Below are positions 46,387 through 55,948 of a DNA stretch of 64,000 nt, piece by piece; the stretch's first letter is position 1; the number at the start of each line of letters is the position of its first letter. The DNA is taken from contig JAKAID010000002.1 of the NCBI GenBank assembly GCA_021814545.1, forward strand, positions 7,009 through 71,008, written 5' to 3'. The DNA comes from a bacterium. Lineage in GTDB: Bacteria; Patescibacteriota; Minisyncoccia; UBA6257; GWB1-50-10. The notes under the pieces are model-generated. The model saw nothing but the letters and a program-made list of their open reading frames with translations. It had not been told where the DNA came from and did not search any database. The position numbers and the translations under genes were made by a program.

Positions 46387-47295
46387 TCAAGCAAAAGGCT
46401 CTCCCGTGAGCACGTCCGCAATGACACCGGCGACCGAAGCGACGATAACTTTTGCAGGTGCGCCGCGTGAGAACGGTATGGTGTCCGCAACGATAACCCG
46501 TTTTACTTCGCGCGCGCGGAGAAGCCTCTTGAAACCTTGGCCCGTCTGCACCGCGTGCGCGACTGCCACATACACATCCCTTGCCCCCTCTTTGCGGAGC
46601 GCTTTCATTGCCTTCATAAGCGTATCGCCCGATTGGACCATGTCGTCCACAAGCACCACGTTTTTCCCCCGCACCTCACCCGTGATGCGCGCCACGCGCA
46701 CCTCGCGCGGTGACTTCCTGATCTTCGCGACCGTAATAATATCCGGAGCGCCGATCGCCGCTGCGAATTCCTTGGCGCGATGAACGCCGCCCTCGTCAGG
46801 AGAAACGACCGCGCAATTCCGCACATGGAGCGCCTTGAACGCTTCTGCAAGTATGGGCATCGCCGAAACCTCAACGAGCGGAATGTGAAATACGTCCGCA
46901 TCGTAGGCGCTGTGGAGCCCCACCGCGACCACGCGCGAGGCGCCCGCAGCGGCAAGGAGGTCCGCCATTGCTCCGGCAGATACGGAACTCCCCGGCAAAT
47001 CGATACGGTCGGATTTCGCGTACGCAAAATAGGGAATGACAACGTTTATGGAACGCGCGCCGTGGAGCCGTGCGGTATCGATAAGAATGAAAAGCGCGAG
47101 CGCGTGTTCTGCGGGCGGGAACGTGGAGCCGACCACGAACACATCCTTGCCTTCGACCGGTTCACCAATGCGAACAGAAACCTCCTTGTCGGGATAGCTT
47201 CCCACGGCACAGGGAGCGAACCGAATACCCGTCTTCCGTGATATCGTCCGCGCGAGCGCCGCGTTCGTGTTGGTCGAAAGCAATATTTTCGTCAT
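46387..47295 (-). CDS. prs: Ribose-phosphate pyrophosphokinase
   Basis: NVVIPYFAYAKSDR, and a PRPP-binding motif VLVDDMVQSGDT. Confidence 0.9.
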   Translation of the reverse strand: MTKILLSTNTNAALARTISRKTGIRFAPCAVGSYPDKEVSVRIGEPVEGKDVFVVGSTFPPAEHALALFILIDTARLHGARSINVVIPYFAYAKSDRIDLPGSSVSAGAMADLLAAAGASRVVAVGLHSAYDADVFHIPLVEVSAMPILAEAFKALHVRNCAVVSPDEGGVHRAKEFAAAIGAPDIITVAKIRKSPREVRVARITGEVRGKNVVLVDDMVQSGDTLMKAMKALRKEGARDVYVAVAHAVQTGQGFKRLLRAREVKRVIVADTIPFSRGAPAKVIVASVAGVIADVLTGEPFA

Positions 47296-47942
47296 GTCCT
47301 TCCTGCGGCATCTTTGAGCATCACGAGCACTTCCTCGTCCTCAACCTGAGGGAACGCATCGTAGAATTGGCCAACTGCAGGGAAAAAGTCGACTGTGTTC
47401 GGACAGGCCGCCTCATCTGCCTCGCCGCGCACGGCGGCAAAACTATCACGCGGCGCAACCGGAACCGCGACTACTACCTTTGCCGCACCCCGCGTCCGCG
47501 CAGCGCGTATAGCGGCACGCATCGTAGACCCCGTAGCAATGCCGTCATCAACGACAATGGCAGCCTTGCCGCGAAGGTTGCGCAAGGGCAGGACCGCGCG
47601 ATACCGCGCCGCACGCGCACGCACTTCTTTTTGTTTTTCATCAATGCGCGCCTGAAATGTGTCCTTGGGTCCGCATGATTCCTCGTTCAGCGTCCAATCA
47701 TAAAACGAATCGCCGTCTTCGGTTACCGCACCGACTGCGAATTCATCATTATAGAGCGGAGTCACTTTTTTGACGACGATAACATCAAGCGGCAGGGAAA
47801 GTGCCTTCGCGACCGCGGACGCAACTACCACGCCCCCGCGGGGAAGTCCGAGCACCACCGCATTGCTGCGTTCATGCCGCTTGAGAAGCGGGGTGAGTGC
47901 TTGTGCGGCCTCGCTTCGGTCCGCGAACATTTTTTTCCCCAT
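47292..47942 (-). CDS. Phosphoribosyltransferase-domain protein
   Basis: AAIVVDDGIATGSTM PRTase motif. Start taken at MGKKMF. Confidence 0.7.
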   Translation of the reverse strand: MGKKMFADRSEAAQALTPLLKRHERSNAVVLGLPRGGVVVASAVAKALSLPLDVIVVKKVTPLYNDEFAVGAVTEDGDSFYDWTLNEESCGPKDTFQARIDEKQKEVRARAARYRAVLPLRNLRGKAAIVVDDGIATGSTMRAAIRAARTRGAAKVVVAVPVAPRDSFAAVRGEADEAACPNTVDFFPAVGQFYDAFPQVEDEEVLVMLKDAAGRT

Positions 47943-48041
47943 ATAGCTCTCTTTACAGTATACTCCCTTCAAATATTCAAATCTGTGCATAAATATCCTT
48001 GACGCGCATAAGAAAACACCCCTACGGGGCGTTTTCTTATG

Positions 48042-48734
48042 CTACTGAAGGCGGTAGATTACATCCTTACGTTCCACGACAACGCGCCACCCGGCCCGCT
48101 TCGCATGTGCGTATAGAATACTGTTCGGATTGAAGCATACCGGCGTATCGACAAGCTTAAGGAACGGAATGTCCGCTTCCGAATCCCCCACACCCACCGA
48201 GCCCGTGAGCGAAAGGCTATTGTCTTCAACGATGCGCATAAGGAGTTTTGCTTTATCCCGCGCAAGCTCAAGGTGCATAATTTCGTTCTTCAGCCGCCCG
48301 TGCTCATCCACCTTATAGATGCGCCCGTACGAGCGATCGAACCCAAGCGTCTTGCAAAACTCATCAACGAGCTCCTTGGGAGAATTCGAGATGGCAATAA
48401 TGAAATAATTCTTTTTGCGAAGCTCGTGCACGAGGTCGCGCGTGTAGCGATACACGCGGTTGCGATGAAACTTGACCACCCGCCGCGCCACGCGCAAAAA
48501 ATCATCGCGATGGAGTCCTTCGATATACGTATCGAACGCCACAATAACGCCATGGATGTATTTGTCATATGAATCTTTCCGATCGAGCCAGTCCCGATAC
48601 GCATCGTGGTACATGCGCTCGGCCTTCGCGGGGAAAAGGCCGTCTTGAATGAGCGCCTCGGTTATTTCAATGAGAAGGCTGGAGCGAAATATGGTACCGT
48701 CAATATCAAAAATGGCAATCTTCTTCATCGCCAT
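48042..48734 (-). CDS. HAD-superfamily hydrolase
   Basis: N-terminal IAIFDIDGTI motif I, and VGVGDSEADIP motif IV. Confidence 0.75.
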   Translation of the reverse strand: MAMKKIAIFDIDGTIFRSSLLIEITEALIQDGLFPAKAERMYHDAYRDWLDRKDSYDKYIHGVIVAFDTYIEGLHRDDFLRVARRVVKFHRNRVYRYTRDLVHELRKKNYFIIAISNSPKELVDEFCKTLGFDRSYGRIYKVDEHGRLKNEIMHLELARDKAKLLMRIVEDNSLSLTGSVGVGDSEADIPFLKLVDTPVCFNPNSILYAHAKRAGWRVVVERKDVIYRLQ

Positions 48735-48761
48735 TATTGTACCACTCCCCGTCCTTATGCA

Positions 48762-49532
48762 TTAGAGGTCGAGTACAAGCGGAAGATGGTCAGATACCGC
48801 AACATCGGGAACCTCGAACGCTCGCACGGGGACATTGGCCGTCACGAACAAATAATCAGAAATGGCATCAACCTCGGGGCCTCGCCCGAAAGCCTCGTAA
48901 TGCAGTTCGCTCCGCGTTGTCTGCACACCGCTCTCCTTCACAAGGTCACGCATGCGGTTCTGGAGCATGGCGATACTCTGGGAGTTCGGATCGAGATTGA
49001 AATCGCCGCACACGATACAGGGGTTACTTTCTCGAGCGACAAAATCGAGAATACGCGCGGATTGTTCAAGGCGCGCGGGCGAATCAAGCTTGGGCCAAAG
49101 CGCAATGCCGTGTACATTGCAAACCGTAAGCGGTTTCCCGTCATGCATGACTCGTACGTAATTTACGAACCCGACTTCCTGGGGCTTCAGATACTTATAT
49201 TCATACATCTTTCCGAACGCAAAAAAATCTCCCTGCGCGGCGAGAGGAATGCGCTTCCTCACGAATATCGCATTCCCCGAGGTTGTGCCGAACCCGCCGG
49301 AGAGCGCAGCCGCGGAAAGCATAGGGGAATACACCGGGTGAAAATCAGCGAGAAGCGCGGAGAGCTGCGCCAAAAGATCGAACTGATACTCGCCGTTTTT
49401 GGACGTCTCATGTGCCGAGGAAAATATTTCCTGGAAACAAAAAATGTCCGTATGCGGGGCGAGTTCCCTCACATACTTCGCAAGAGGCTTGAACTGCTTC
49501 CCACCCCACGCATTAAGGCATACTACGCGCAT
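48762..49532 (-). CDS. Endonuclease/exonuclease/phosphatase (EEP) family protein
   Basis: VVCLNAWGG, IFCFQEI and a C-terminal VSDHLPL. Confidence 0.75.
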   Translation of the reverse strand: MRVVCLNAWGGKQFKPLAKYVRELAPHTDIFCFQEIFSSAHETSKNGEYQFDLLAQLSALLADFHPVYSPMLSAAALSGGFGTTSGNAIFVRKRIPLAAQGDFFAFGKMYEYKYLKPQEVGFVNYVRVMHDGKPLTVCNVHGIALWPKLDSPARLEQSARILDFVARESNPCIVCGDFNLDPNSQSIAMLQNRMRDLVKESGVQTTRSELHYEAFGRGPEVDAISDYLFVTANVPVRAFEVPDVAVSDHLPLVLDL

Positions 49533-49593
49533 ACAAGTTCAATTTATAGTTGAAAAATCCTCGCCGCATTCACGCGGCGAGGACCGGCGAATC

Positions 49594-50199
49594 TTAAATC
49601 TTCCCCACAAGGTCGATACCCGGCGTGAGTGTATCTCCCCCCGGCGTCCAGCTCGCGGGGCACACCTGGCCCGCATGAGTTGACACGTACTGAGCTGCCT
49701 GGAGCTTGCGAAGCGTCTCCTTCGCAGAGCGGCCGATGCTGTTATCGTTCACCTCCGCGCCCTTAATAATGCCTTCGGGGTTCACAATGAACGTTCCACG
49801 AAGGGAAAGCCCCTCCTCCTCGATGTAGATACCGAGTGCGCGTGAAAGCGCACCATTGTGGTCCGCCGCCATCGGATACGTTACCTTCCCTATCGCCGGC
49901 GAGCTATCATGCCACGCTTTGTGCGTGAACGCGGTGTCCGTGCTCACGCTCACCACTTCCGCATTAAGCTTCTGGAAGCTCGGGTAGAGCGCCGCGAGTT
50001 CTTCAAGTTCGGTCGGACACACGAATGTGAAATCCGCAGGGTAGAACACGAGCACCGCCCACTTGCCATTAAGCGAAGAGAGCTTCAGCTTTCCGAGTTT
50101 CTCCTTGTGGAATACGTCAAGCTCCATATCCGGCAATACGCTCCCCACAAGCGGACCCGCATATCCCGTCTCACCGCAACCGCAATCGTTATGACACAT
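49594..50199 (-). CDS. Peroxiredoxin (AhpC/TSA family) with N-terminal Cys-rich extension
   Basis: FYPADFTFVCPTE peroxidatic-Cys motif, preceded by MCHNDCGCGETGYAG. Confidence 0.85.
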   Translation of the reverse strand: MCHNDCGCGETGYAGPLVGSVLPDMELDVFHKEKLGKLKLSSLNGKWAVLVFYPADFTFVCPTELEELAALYPSFQKLNAEVVSVSTDTAFTHKAWHDSSPAIGKVTYPMAADHNGALSRALGIYIEEEGLSLRGTFIVNPEGIIKGAEVNDNSIGRSAKETLRKLQAAQYVSTHAGQVCPASWTPGGDTLTPGIDLVGKI

Positions 50200-50287
50200 A
50201 CATAAAAAAATAATTGGTTAGTACCCGACGCCATCAGTATAGAACATAAATAAAAGGCCCGCCAAATCATCTGGCGGGCATATGGCG

Positions 50288-50632
50288 TCACGGGCAACAG
50301 GTCGTGGCTCCCGTGCAGCCGGCACCGAGCATCGCGCTGTACGAGGAATAGCACGTTCCCCTACAGCCGTACCATCCGCGCGGGCAGCAGTAGCCGTTCG
50401 AGTTGCAGAGCGTACCGCATCCGCAGCTCCCGCCTCCTCCGCCTCCGCCGCCGTGGCACATGTTGTCGGCGCCGCAGTAGGACCCGCTGTCGCAGTAACC
50501 GCTGCCGTTCGGGCAGCAGGAGGCGCCGGTCGGCATGCAGCCGCTGCCGCACTCCGCCTTGCCGGGACACTTGTCCGTAGGACCACACGCGGCAAGGAAC
50601 AGCGCCGCGCACATCGTGATGAACATCCTCAT
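50288..50632 (-). CDS. Small secreted Cys/Gly-rich protein (lipoprotein-type signal, 22 Cys in 114 aa)
   Basis: MRMFITMCAALFLAACG lipobox-like signal, a poly-Gly stretch of 8, and many CxxC spacings. Other overlapping GC-rich ORFs were rejected. Confidence 0.45.
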   Translation of the reverse strand: MRMFITMCAALFLAACGPTDKCPGKAECGSGCMPTGASCCPNGSGYCDSGSYCGADNMCHGGGGGGGGSCGCGTLCNSNGYCCPRGWYGCRGTCYSSYSAMLGAGCTGATTCCP

Positions 50633-50760
50633 TGCACTTCCTCCTCGTGTGAACTGCGTGGATGCCTCACTGCTTGTATTTCAATTTGCGTATGCATTAT
50701 ACAACGAAATGCGCTTTTTATCAAATTAAAGCCCCGGCGGTTGTGCCGGGGCATGTTGCT

Positions 50761-51387
50761 TCAAAAGGAGTTTGCCCGCGCGATGATGCCTTCAATCTCT
50801 TTCTCGCGGTCGAGGAGTGGGCGCATCTTTGCCGTAAGCTCGGCCATGCGCTCTGCATTTTTTTCCCGCTCCCCATTGATGGACGCCTCTTTTTTGAGAA
50901 TGGTATCCGTGGCCTCGCTGGCCATAGCAAGGAGCAGCTTCGCGGCACCCGCAAAACGCTTCCGCTCCTTGATCTTCTCATTCCCCTCATCGGTCAGAAT
51001 GTCGCACGCATCGCTCCGCGGTCCGTCATCGAACTCCCGATAACAGCGCGCGCCATGCGCCTCGGCATCCTTTTTGAGTTCCGAGAACAACAAGGAAAGT
51101 TTCTCGATTTGGTCCTTGGCGTGCGCCGCCACATCGAAGAAGACCGCGCGAACAAGCTCGAGGCGCGCGATGCTCTCCGTGCTCTCCTCGCTCTCCTCCT
51201 TGAGCTTCTGGTGCTCTTCGGTGAGGAGCTCGAGCTTCGCTTCGATTGCCGCTTTCTCCATCAGGAGCGCGGCAACGTTCGGACGCTCTACGCTGTCCGC
51301 CACGGCATTCATGTGCGGACGGAACTCGCGGACGTCGTCGATGGAAGAGAACGAAACGAGACCCAGCGCAAACACGACTGCGATCAT
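50761..51387 (-). CDS. Membrane-anchored coiled-coil hypothetical protein
   Basis: Start taken at MIAVVFALGLV, which overlaps the upstream gene by ATGA. Glu/Lys-rich helical body. Confidence 0.4.
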   Translation of the reverse strand: MIAVVFALGLVSFSSIDDVREFRPHMNAVADSVERPNVAALLMEKAAIEAKLELLTEEHQKLKEESEESTESIARLELVRAVFFDVAAHAKDQIEKLSLLFSELKKDAEAHGARCYREFDDGPRSDACDILTDEGNEKIKERKRFAGAAKLLLAMASEATDTILKKEASINGEREKNAERMAELTAKMRPLLDREKEIEGIIARANSF

Positions 51388-51755
51388 GGCCGTTCCTTTC
51401 GCTCGGGGGGCTTCGGGGAACCGAAGTAGCGCGCGTAACACTTGGCGACCCACACCGCCGCCCGCGCCATGTCCTTCTGCGTAGGCTCCTTGGGAGCTCC
51501 GCGCGGGTAAACGCTCTCCATCTCGCGTACGAAGCAGCGGCAATAGCGCTGCTTGCGGTACCGGTCGGCCGCTCCAGGCTTCACCAACTCGAGCTGCGCG
51601 AGACACTGCCGCATGGACTCCTCCCACACCTTCTTCGTCATGCGGGTCTCGAATTTCTCGTACGGCGGCGGGGGCACCATGGGAACCCCCTTCGGCTCCG
51701 TAGCGTACACAACCGATGCGAAAACGAACGCAACGAACATGAGCACGGCCTTCAT
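51384..51755 (-). CDS. Small secreted hypothetical protein
   Basis: Signal peptide MKAVLMFVAFVFASVVYA. 123 aa. Confidence 0.45.
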   Translation of the reverse strand: MKAVLMFVAFVFASVVYATEPKGVPMVPPPPYEKFETRMTKKVWEESMRQCLAQLELVKPGAADRYRKQRYCRCFVREMESVYPRGAPKEPTQKDMARAAVWVAKCYARYFGSPKPPERKERP

Positions 51756-51868
51756 GTGGCTACTCCTTTCTTCGGTTGGAAAAGTACTGATACTTCAGTA
51801 ATAGCACCCGTTCGTGCGCTTGTCGAATAAATGGAAAGCCCTCGACATTGCTGTCGAGGGCTGATGTA

Positions 51869-52453
51869 TCACCGCTCCGCGAGGACCGCGGGCGGCGTCC
51901 GAAGCTTCGGGAAGCAGGCCGTGAGGCCCCCTTTCTTCGAGGGGTGCTTCTCGATGAACGAGATGAACTGCCTGATGTCGGCCATGAGGCGCCGGTTCGC
52001 CTGCCGCATGGCAGCGAACTTCCACGCCTCGTGCTCGGCGACGCGCTCGCCGCTTTCGATCGCTGCGCGCGAACGCGTGATGCGGTCGTGCTCGAGGTCG
52101 AGCTGGCTCTCCCGCTGCTCGAGCGCCCGGCTCTGCTTCTTGCACCTCCCCGGGTTGCAGGGGAAGACCACGCGGCACTCGGCGCTGTAGGCGCTGTAGG
52201 CGGCCTCGTACTTCACGCGGCGCGCATCGTACTTCGCCTGCCGCTCCCTGAGCGCGGCGCGCATCTGCGCGAGCTTCTCCACGTCCCAGGCGAGCATCGC
52301 CTGCTTGTGGGCGAGGCGGGCCTCGTCCCTCCAGAGCCCGCGGTACTCCTGGTGGAGCGCCACGACCTCGTCGGTGAGCGACTGCTGCTTCTCGCGGGCC
52401 TCCGCGAATGGAACGGCGAAGATGAACACGGCAACGGCGATCACGAACCTCAT
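51869..52453 (-). CDS. Secreted coiled-coil hypothetical protein
   Basis: Signal peptide MRFVIAVAVFIFAVPFAEA. Start taken at the internal ATG. Confidence 0.45.
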   Translation of the reverse strand: MRFVIAVAVFIFAVPFAEAREKQQSLTDEVVALHQEYRGLWRDEARLAHKQAMLAWDVEKLAQMRAALRERQAKYDARRVKYEAAYSAYSAECRVVFPCNPGRCKKQSRALEQRESQLDLEHDRITRSRAAIESGERVAEHEAWKFAAMRQANRRLMADIRQFISFIEKHPSKKGGLTACFPKLRTPPAVLAER

Positions 52454-52540
52454 GGTGTGTTCCTCCCGATTTTTGGGCTGCACAAGATGCGCATTCCCTT
52501 CAATGAACCAAGAAAACTTTATCACAATATTGCAAAAAAG

Positions 52541-53341
52541 TCAATAGTACTGGACCACCTTTGGCTTTGCTCCGGGCCCAAACCAGCGCCGTGCAAGCGC
52601 CGCAAAGGTAGGAGTAAGGTCGGTCACCAAAAGCGCTACCTTCCCTCGCCGCGAGAGCGTCCGCTCTATTTCTGGGTGGCGCGCAAGATAGCGGAATAAC
52701 TTCCCCCCGATGAGGTCCGTCTGTGCCACCACGCGCACGTTTGGTCCCACGAGTTTTCTGATGCGGCGCGCAACGAGTGGATAGTGCGTACACCCGAGAA
52801 TGAGCGTGTCGATGTGTTTCGCAAGAAGCGGCGAAAGATAGCGCGCGAGCACTGCATCGACATGAGCAAGCTCATCGAGCTCTATCATCGGCACGAGGAG
52901 AGGCGCGGCGCGCTCCCAAACCTTAGCCGCGGGGGCAGCTTTTTTAAGCTCACGGGTGAACGCGCCCGTTGCGACCGTCCCCGCAGTCGCAAGCACGCCG
53001 ACGCGGTGGGCACCCGACGCTACAACCGCCTCCACGGTAGGCACAAGCACGCCAAGCACACGGCGCGCGGGGTGGTGGCGCGGCAAATATTCGCGCTGGA
53101 TGCGCCGGAGCGCCTGCGCCGACGCGGTGTTGCACGCCACAATGACAAGTGCGCAATCTTTTGAGAAGAGGAATTCGACGGCCTCCTGAAGAAACGCATA
53201 CACCACCTGCGGTGACCGGTTGCCGTAGGGCGCCCGTTCGGTATCGCCGAGATAGATGAAGTCATATGCGGGTAGTGCCCGCACGATGTGCTTCGCTATC
53301 ATAAGCCCCCCGAGCCCCGAATCAAAAATGCCTATCTTCAT
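52541..53341 (-). CDS. murI: Glutamate racemase
   Basis: IGIFDSGLGGL, VIVACNTAS and GCTHYP. Confidence 0.85.
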   Translation of the reverse strand: MKIGIFDSGLGGLMIAKHIVRALPAYDFIYLGDTERAPYGNRSPQVVYAFLQEAVEFLFSKDCALVIVACNTASAQALRRIQREYLPRHHPARRVLGVLVPTVEAVVASGAHRVGVLATAGTVATGAFTRELKKAAPAAKVWERAAPLLVPMIELDELAHVDAVLARYLSPLLAKHIDTLILGCTHYPLVARRIRKLVGPNVRVVAQTDLIGGKLFRYLARHPEIERTLSRRGKVALLVTDLTPTFAALARRWFGPGAKPKVVQYY

Positions 53342-53497
53342 ACGCTTCAATTATACAGAAAAAATCGCATAGTATTTCGCCAACGGGGACGGGTGTAAGT
53401 ATCCGCCGTTTTGCTCGTCTTATTGGCATGGGGCGAGGACAAAGCAAGAAAGGTCGACATGTGAAGAAAATCGCCTCGCGGAAAACAAAAAACAATT

Positions 53498-54463
53498 TTG
53501 ATTATGAAACACTACAACAAAATAGCATTGGCGCTGCTTATGATCGCCGCCATCGCGGCAAGCACGGCGGGCGTCGCACGCGCAGACAACGACAAGGAAG
53601 AGAGCGAACATGACCGCGGCAATGGCCGCTTTAAAGTCGAGGAGCGGATAAATGAACAAGCGAAGAAAGCTATGGAGATGGGGCGCGAGCTTCTAAAAAA
53701 GACCGCCGAAGCCGCAGCAACGCCGTGGGCGCCCATCGAAGCGCAGCCCGATTCGCTCATGATAAACCCGAACGGAGAGATGCGGCTCACGGGCGCGGAT
53801 GTGGTAACCGCACCGGGAGCAGCGTCCTCGACCTCGCTTACCGCGCGGGTGTGGGGCGTAACGTTCACGCTCACACTCGATAATGGGAGCCAGCTTTCGG
53901 CGCGCGGCGGCGCAATAAGCGCCTCGCAGATACAGGTTGGCGACACGGTAACCGTCACGGGCACCATGAATGCTGCCTCCCCGCTCACTGTCCAAGTGCG
54001 GCAGTTGAAAGACCACACGTTAAATGCGGGTGTTGGTTCCTCAGATGAGGTCACGCGCCTGCGCGCGCAGATTCAGGCGCTGATGGATAAACTGAGCGCG
54101 CTCCTCGCGCGCACGGGCGGCAGCACCGCTACGTCGACCACAACGAGCACGCCGGTCGCAGTGATACCGACGCTCGCGAGCATCTCGCCCGCATCGAGCA
54201 CGGCAGGCGCCGCGAATCTCACGCTCTCGGTCGCCGGAACGAACTTCACGACAAGTTCGGTCATATATTGGGCATCGACCGCGCTCGCCACGATGTTCAA
54301 TTCAACGACCCAGCTCTCGGCTATTGTTCCTGCAGCGAACCTTGTCGCAACGGGCACCACGCCCATCACGGTAACTAATCCGGGAACGTTGGGGGGCACT
54401 TCGAATGCGGTCACCTTCACGGTGAACTCGGCATCGACCTCGACCGCCACAAGCACGCAGTAA
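53498..54463 (+). CDS. Secreted protein with C-terminal IPT/TIG-like domain and Ser/Thr-rich linker
   Basis: Signal peptide MIMKHYNKIALALLMIAAIAAS. C-terminal ISPASSTAGAANLTLSVAGTNFT...ITVTNPGTLGGTSNAVTFTV. Confidence 0.6.
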   Translation: MIMKHYNKIALALLMIAAIAASTAGVARADNDKEESEHDRGNGRFKVEERINEQAKKAMEMGRELLKKTAEAAATPWAPIEAQPDSLMINPNGEMRLTGADVVTAPGAASSTSLTARVWGVTFTLTLDNGSQLSARGGAISASQIQVGDTVTVTGTMNAASPLTVQVRQLKDHTLNAGVGSSDEVTRLRAQIQALMDKLSALLARTGGSTATSTTTSTPVAVIPTLASISPASSTAGAANLTLSVAGTNFTTSSVIYWASTALATMFNSTTQLSAIVPAANLVATGTTPITVTNPGTLGGTSNAVTFTVNSASTSTATSTQ

Positions 54464-54471
54464 GTCGCCGA

Positions 54472-54502
54472 TACAAAAAGCCGCGCATCATGCGCGGTTT
54501 TT
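54472..54502. terminator. Bidirectional rho-independent terminator
   Basis: AAAAAGCCGCGCATcatGCGCGGTTTTTTTGTT. Confidence 0.55.
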
Positions 54503-54509
54503 TTGTTGT

Positions 54510-54914
54510 CTATCTGAACTGCATCGTTACCCCATACATTCCCATGCCGCAAAGCCCCTGGAGCTCGCTCCCCGCCGGTTGCGAGGGAATGGTAAATTCA
54601 GTAACGCCCGAGGGCGGTAACATCTTTCGAATGCCGAGCGCGGGAATAACGAATGCGGCGGAGCAATCGAACGTGCTCTGCGTCCGCATGCGAAGCACCG
54701 TGGGTACGCCCGCCTTCGCAATAATAACGTCGGGGCGGTATCCCCCCTTCGCGACAACCTCAACAACCTGCGTGTTCCCTTCCATGTGCACCGCAGATGA
54801 ATTCCCCGCGCGCACACCCGTGCCACCGCCACCCGCGCCCGCAAAAATAAGCGCGCCGAGAACGAGACCCGCCGCAATGATAAGGGATGCAATAAGCGTA
54901 GTATTTTTGTTCAT
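54510..54914 (-). CDS. Cupredoxin-like domain protein (copper-cluster associated)
   Basis: N-terminal TM anchor followed by an EVVAKGGYRPDVIIAKAGVPTVL...TIPSQPAGSELQGLCGMGMYG fold typical of small Cupredoxin_1 proteins near copA. Start taken at MNKNTT. Confidence 0.55.
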   Translation of the reverse strand: MNKNTTLIASLIIAAGLVLGALIFAGAGGGGTGVRAGNSSAVHMEGNTQVVEVVAKGGYRPDVIIAKAGVPTVLRMRTQSTFDCSAAFVIPALGIRKMLPPSGVTEFTIPSQPAGSELQGLCGMGMYGVTMQFR

Positions 54915-54919
54915 AGCAA

Positions 54920-55948
54920 TTAGAAGCCGAATACGGGCCGAATAATGCCCGCCGCCGCAAGGCTGTTCACGATATTCATGATGCCGAACGCGATGACGAG
55001 CAACCCCGCAGTTTTGAAGAATACACCGGACCACTTCCCTCGTCCAAGCTCGACCGAAGTAACACTAATGAGTGCGAGCACAGGCAGGGTACCGAGCGCG
55101 AATGCGGTCATAGTGAACGCTCCCGCAATAAAAGAACCGGTCGAGAGGCTGAATACCTGCATTGATTGCGTGAAGCCACACGGGAGGAAGAAGGTGCTCG
55201 CGCCGATAAGGAACGGCACGAGGCCGTGTTCGAACGCGACAACACGCGTGCGGGCGCGGGTGAAGAATGCCGGCATACGCGGTTGGAGCTGCTTCGCCCA
55301 TGGGAAAACATCAAGGAGATTCAACCCGAGCGAGAGCATCACGAGCCCCACAAGCGTGCCAAGTGCGAGTGTCGTAAACGCGCCCAGGGTGAACGCCGAC
55401 CCGATAAGTCCGATAACGCCGCCCAAAATGAAGAATGAGATAAGACGCCCCGCATGAAAAAGAACCAGCGGCGTACGTTCCCCCTCCTTCGCGTACTCGG
55501 CAGAAACAGAAAGAAGAAGTCCGCCCACGACCGCGAGGCATGAAGAGACCGAAGCGACGAGACCGATGCCGAACGCGGCAGGGAGGTTAATCTTGTCCGC
55601 GGTAATGAGGTTCACGAGCCCCACCTTCTGCAACGCGTAAAAGAGGGACACAAAGAGAAGTGCGATGGGCGCTGCAACACGAAACTCTCCCCACTTCGGC
55701 ACAAACTTCGCGCGTTCGACCGAAAGCGAGTATCCGTCCTTTGCAATAAGCGCGCCAAGTTCCCGGGCGAGCGCCTCAGGAGGCTCCTCGCGCGCAGCGA
55801 CCACGGCTACGGTGTTATGTTTCTCGTCCACCGTTACCCGCTCCACGCCGGGCGCCCCCGCAAGTTTTTCCGATACAAGAATGCCGCATGCCTTGCAGTG
55901 CATTCCTTGTACGTGGAACAAATAATTCGTTCGTGACGTTGTGGCCAT
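54920..55948 (-). CDS. Heavy-metal-associated (HMA) domain fused to a TauE/SafE-like multi-pass membrane protein
   Basis: N-terminal MHCKACG metal-binding motif and ~8 TM segments. Confidence 0.65.
   Translation of the reverse strand: MATTSRTNYLFHVQGMHCKACGILVSEKLAGAPGVERVTVDEKHNTVAVVAAREEPPEALARELGALIAKDGYSLSVERAKFVPKWGEFRVAAPIALLFVSLFYALQKVGLVNLITADKINLPAAFGIGLVASVSSCLAVVGGLLLSVSAEYAKEGERTPLVLFHAGRLISFFILGGVIGLIGSAFTLGAFTTLALGTLVGLVMLSLGLNLLDVFPWAKQLQPRMPAFFTRARTRVVAFEHGLVPFLIGASTFFLPCGFTQSMQVFSLSTGSFIAGAFTMTAFALGTLPVLALISVTSVELGRGKWSGVFFKTAGLLVIAFGIMNIVNSLAAAGIIRPVFGF

Noticed and set aside
50218-51043. Competing ORFs 50282..51043 (plus strand) and 50218..50595 / 50361..50612 (minus strand) over the Cys/Gly-rich peptide.
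   Set aside because: They are poly-Ala/Arg translations of the same GC-rich stretch. The frame with a lipoprotein-type signal peptide was preferred, but remains uncertain.
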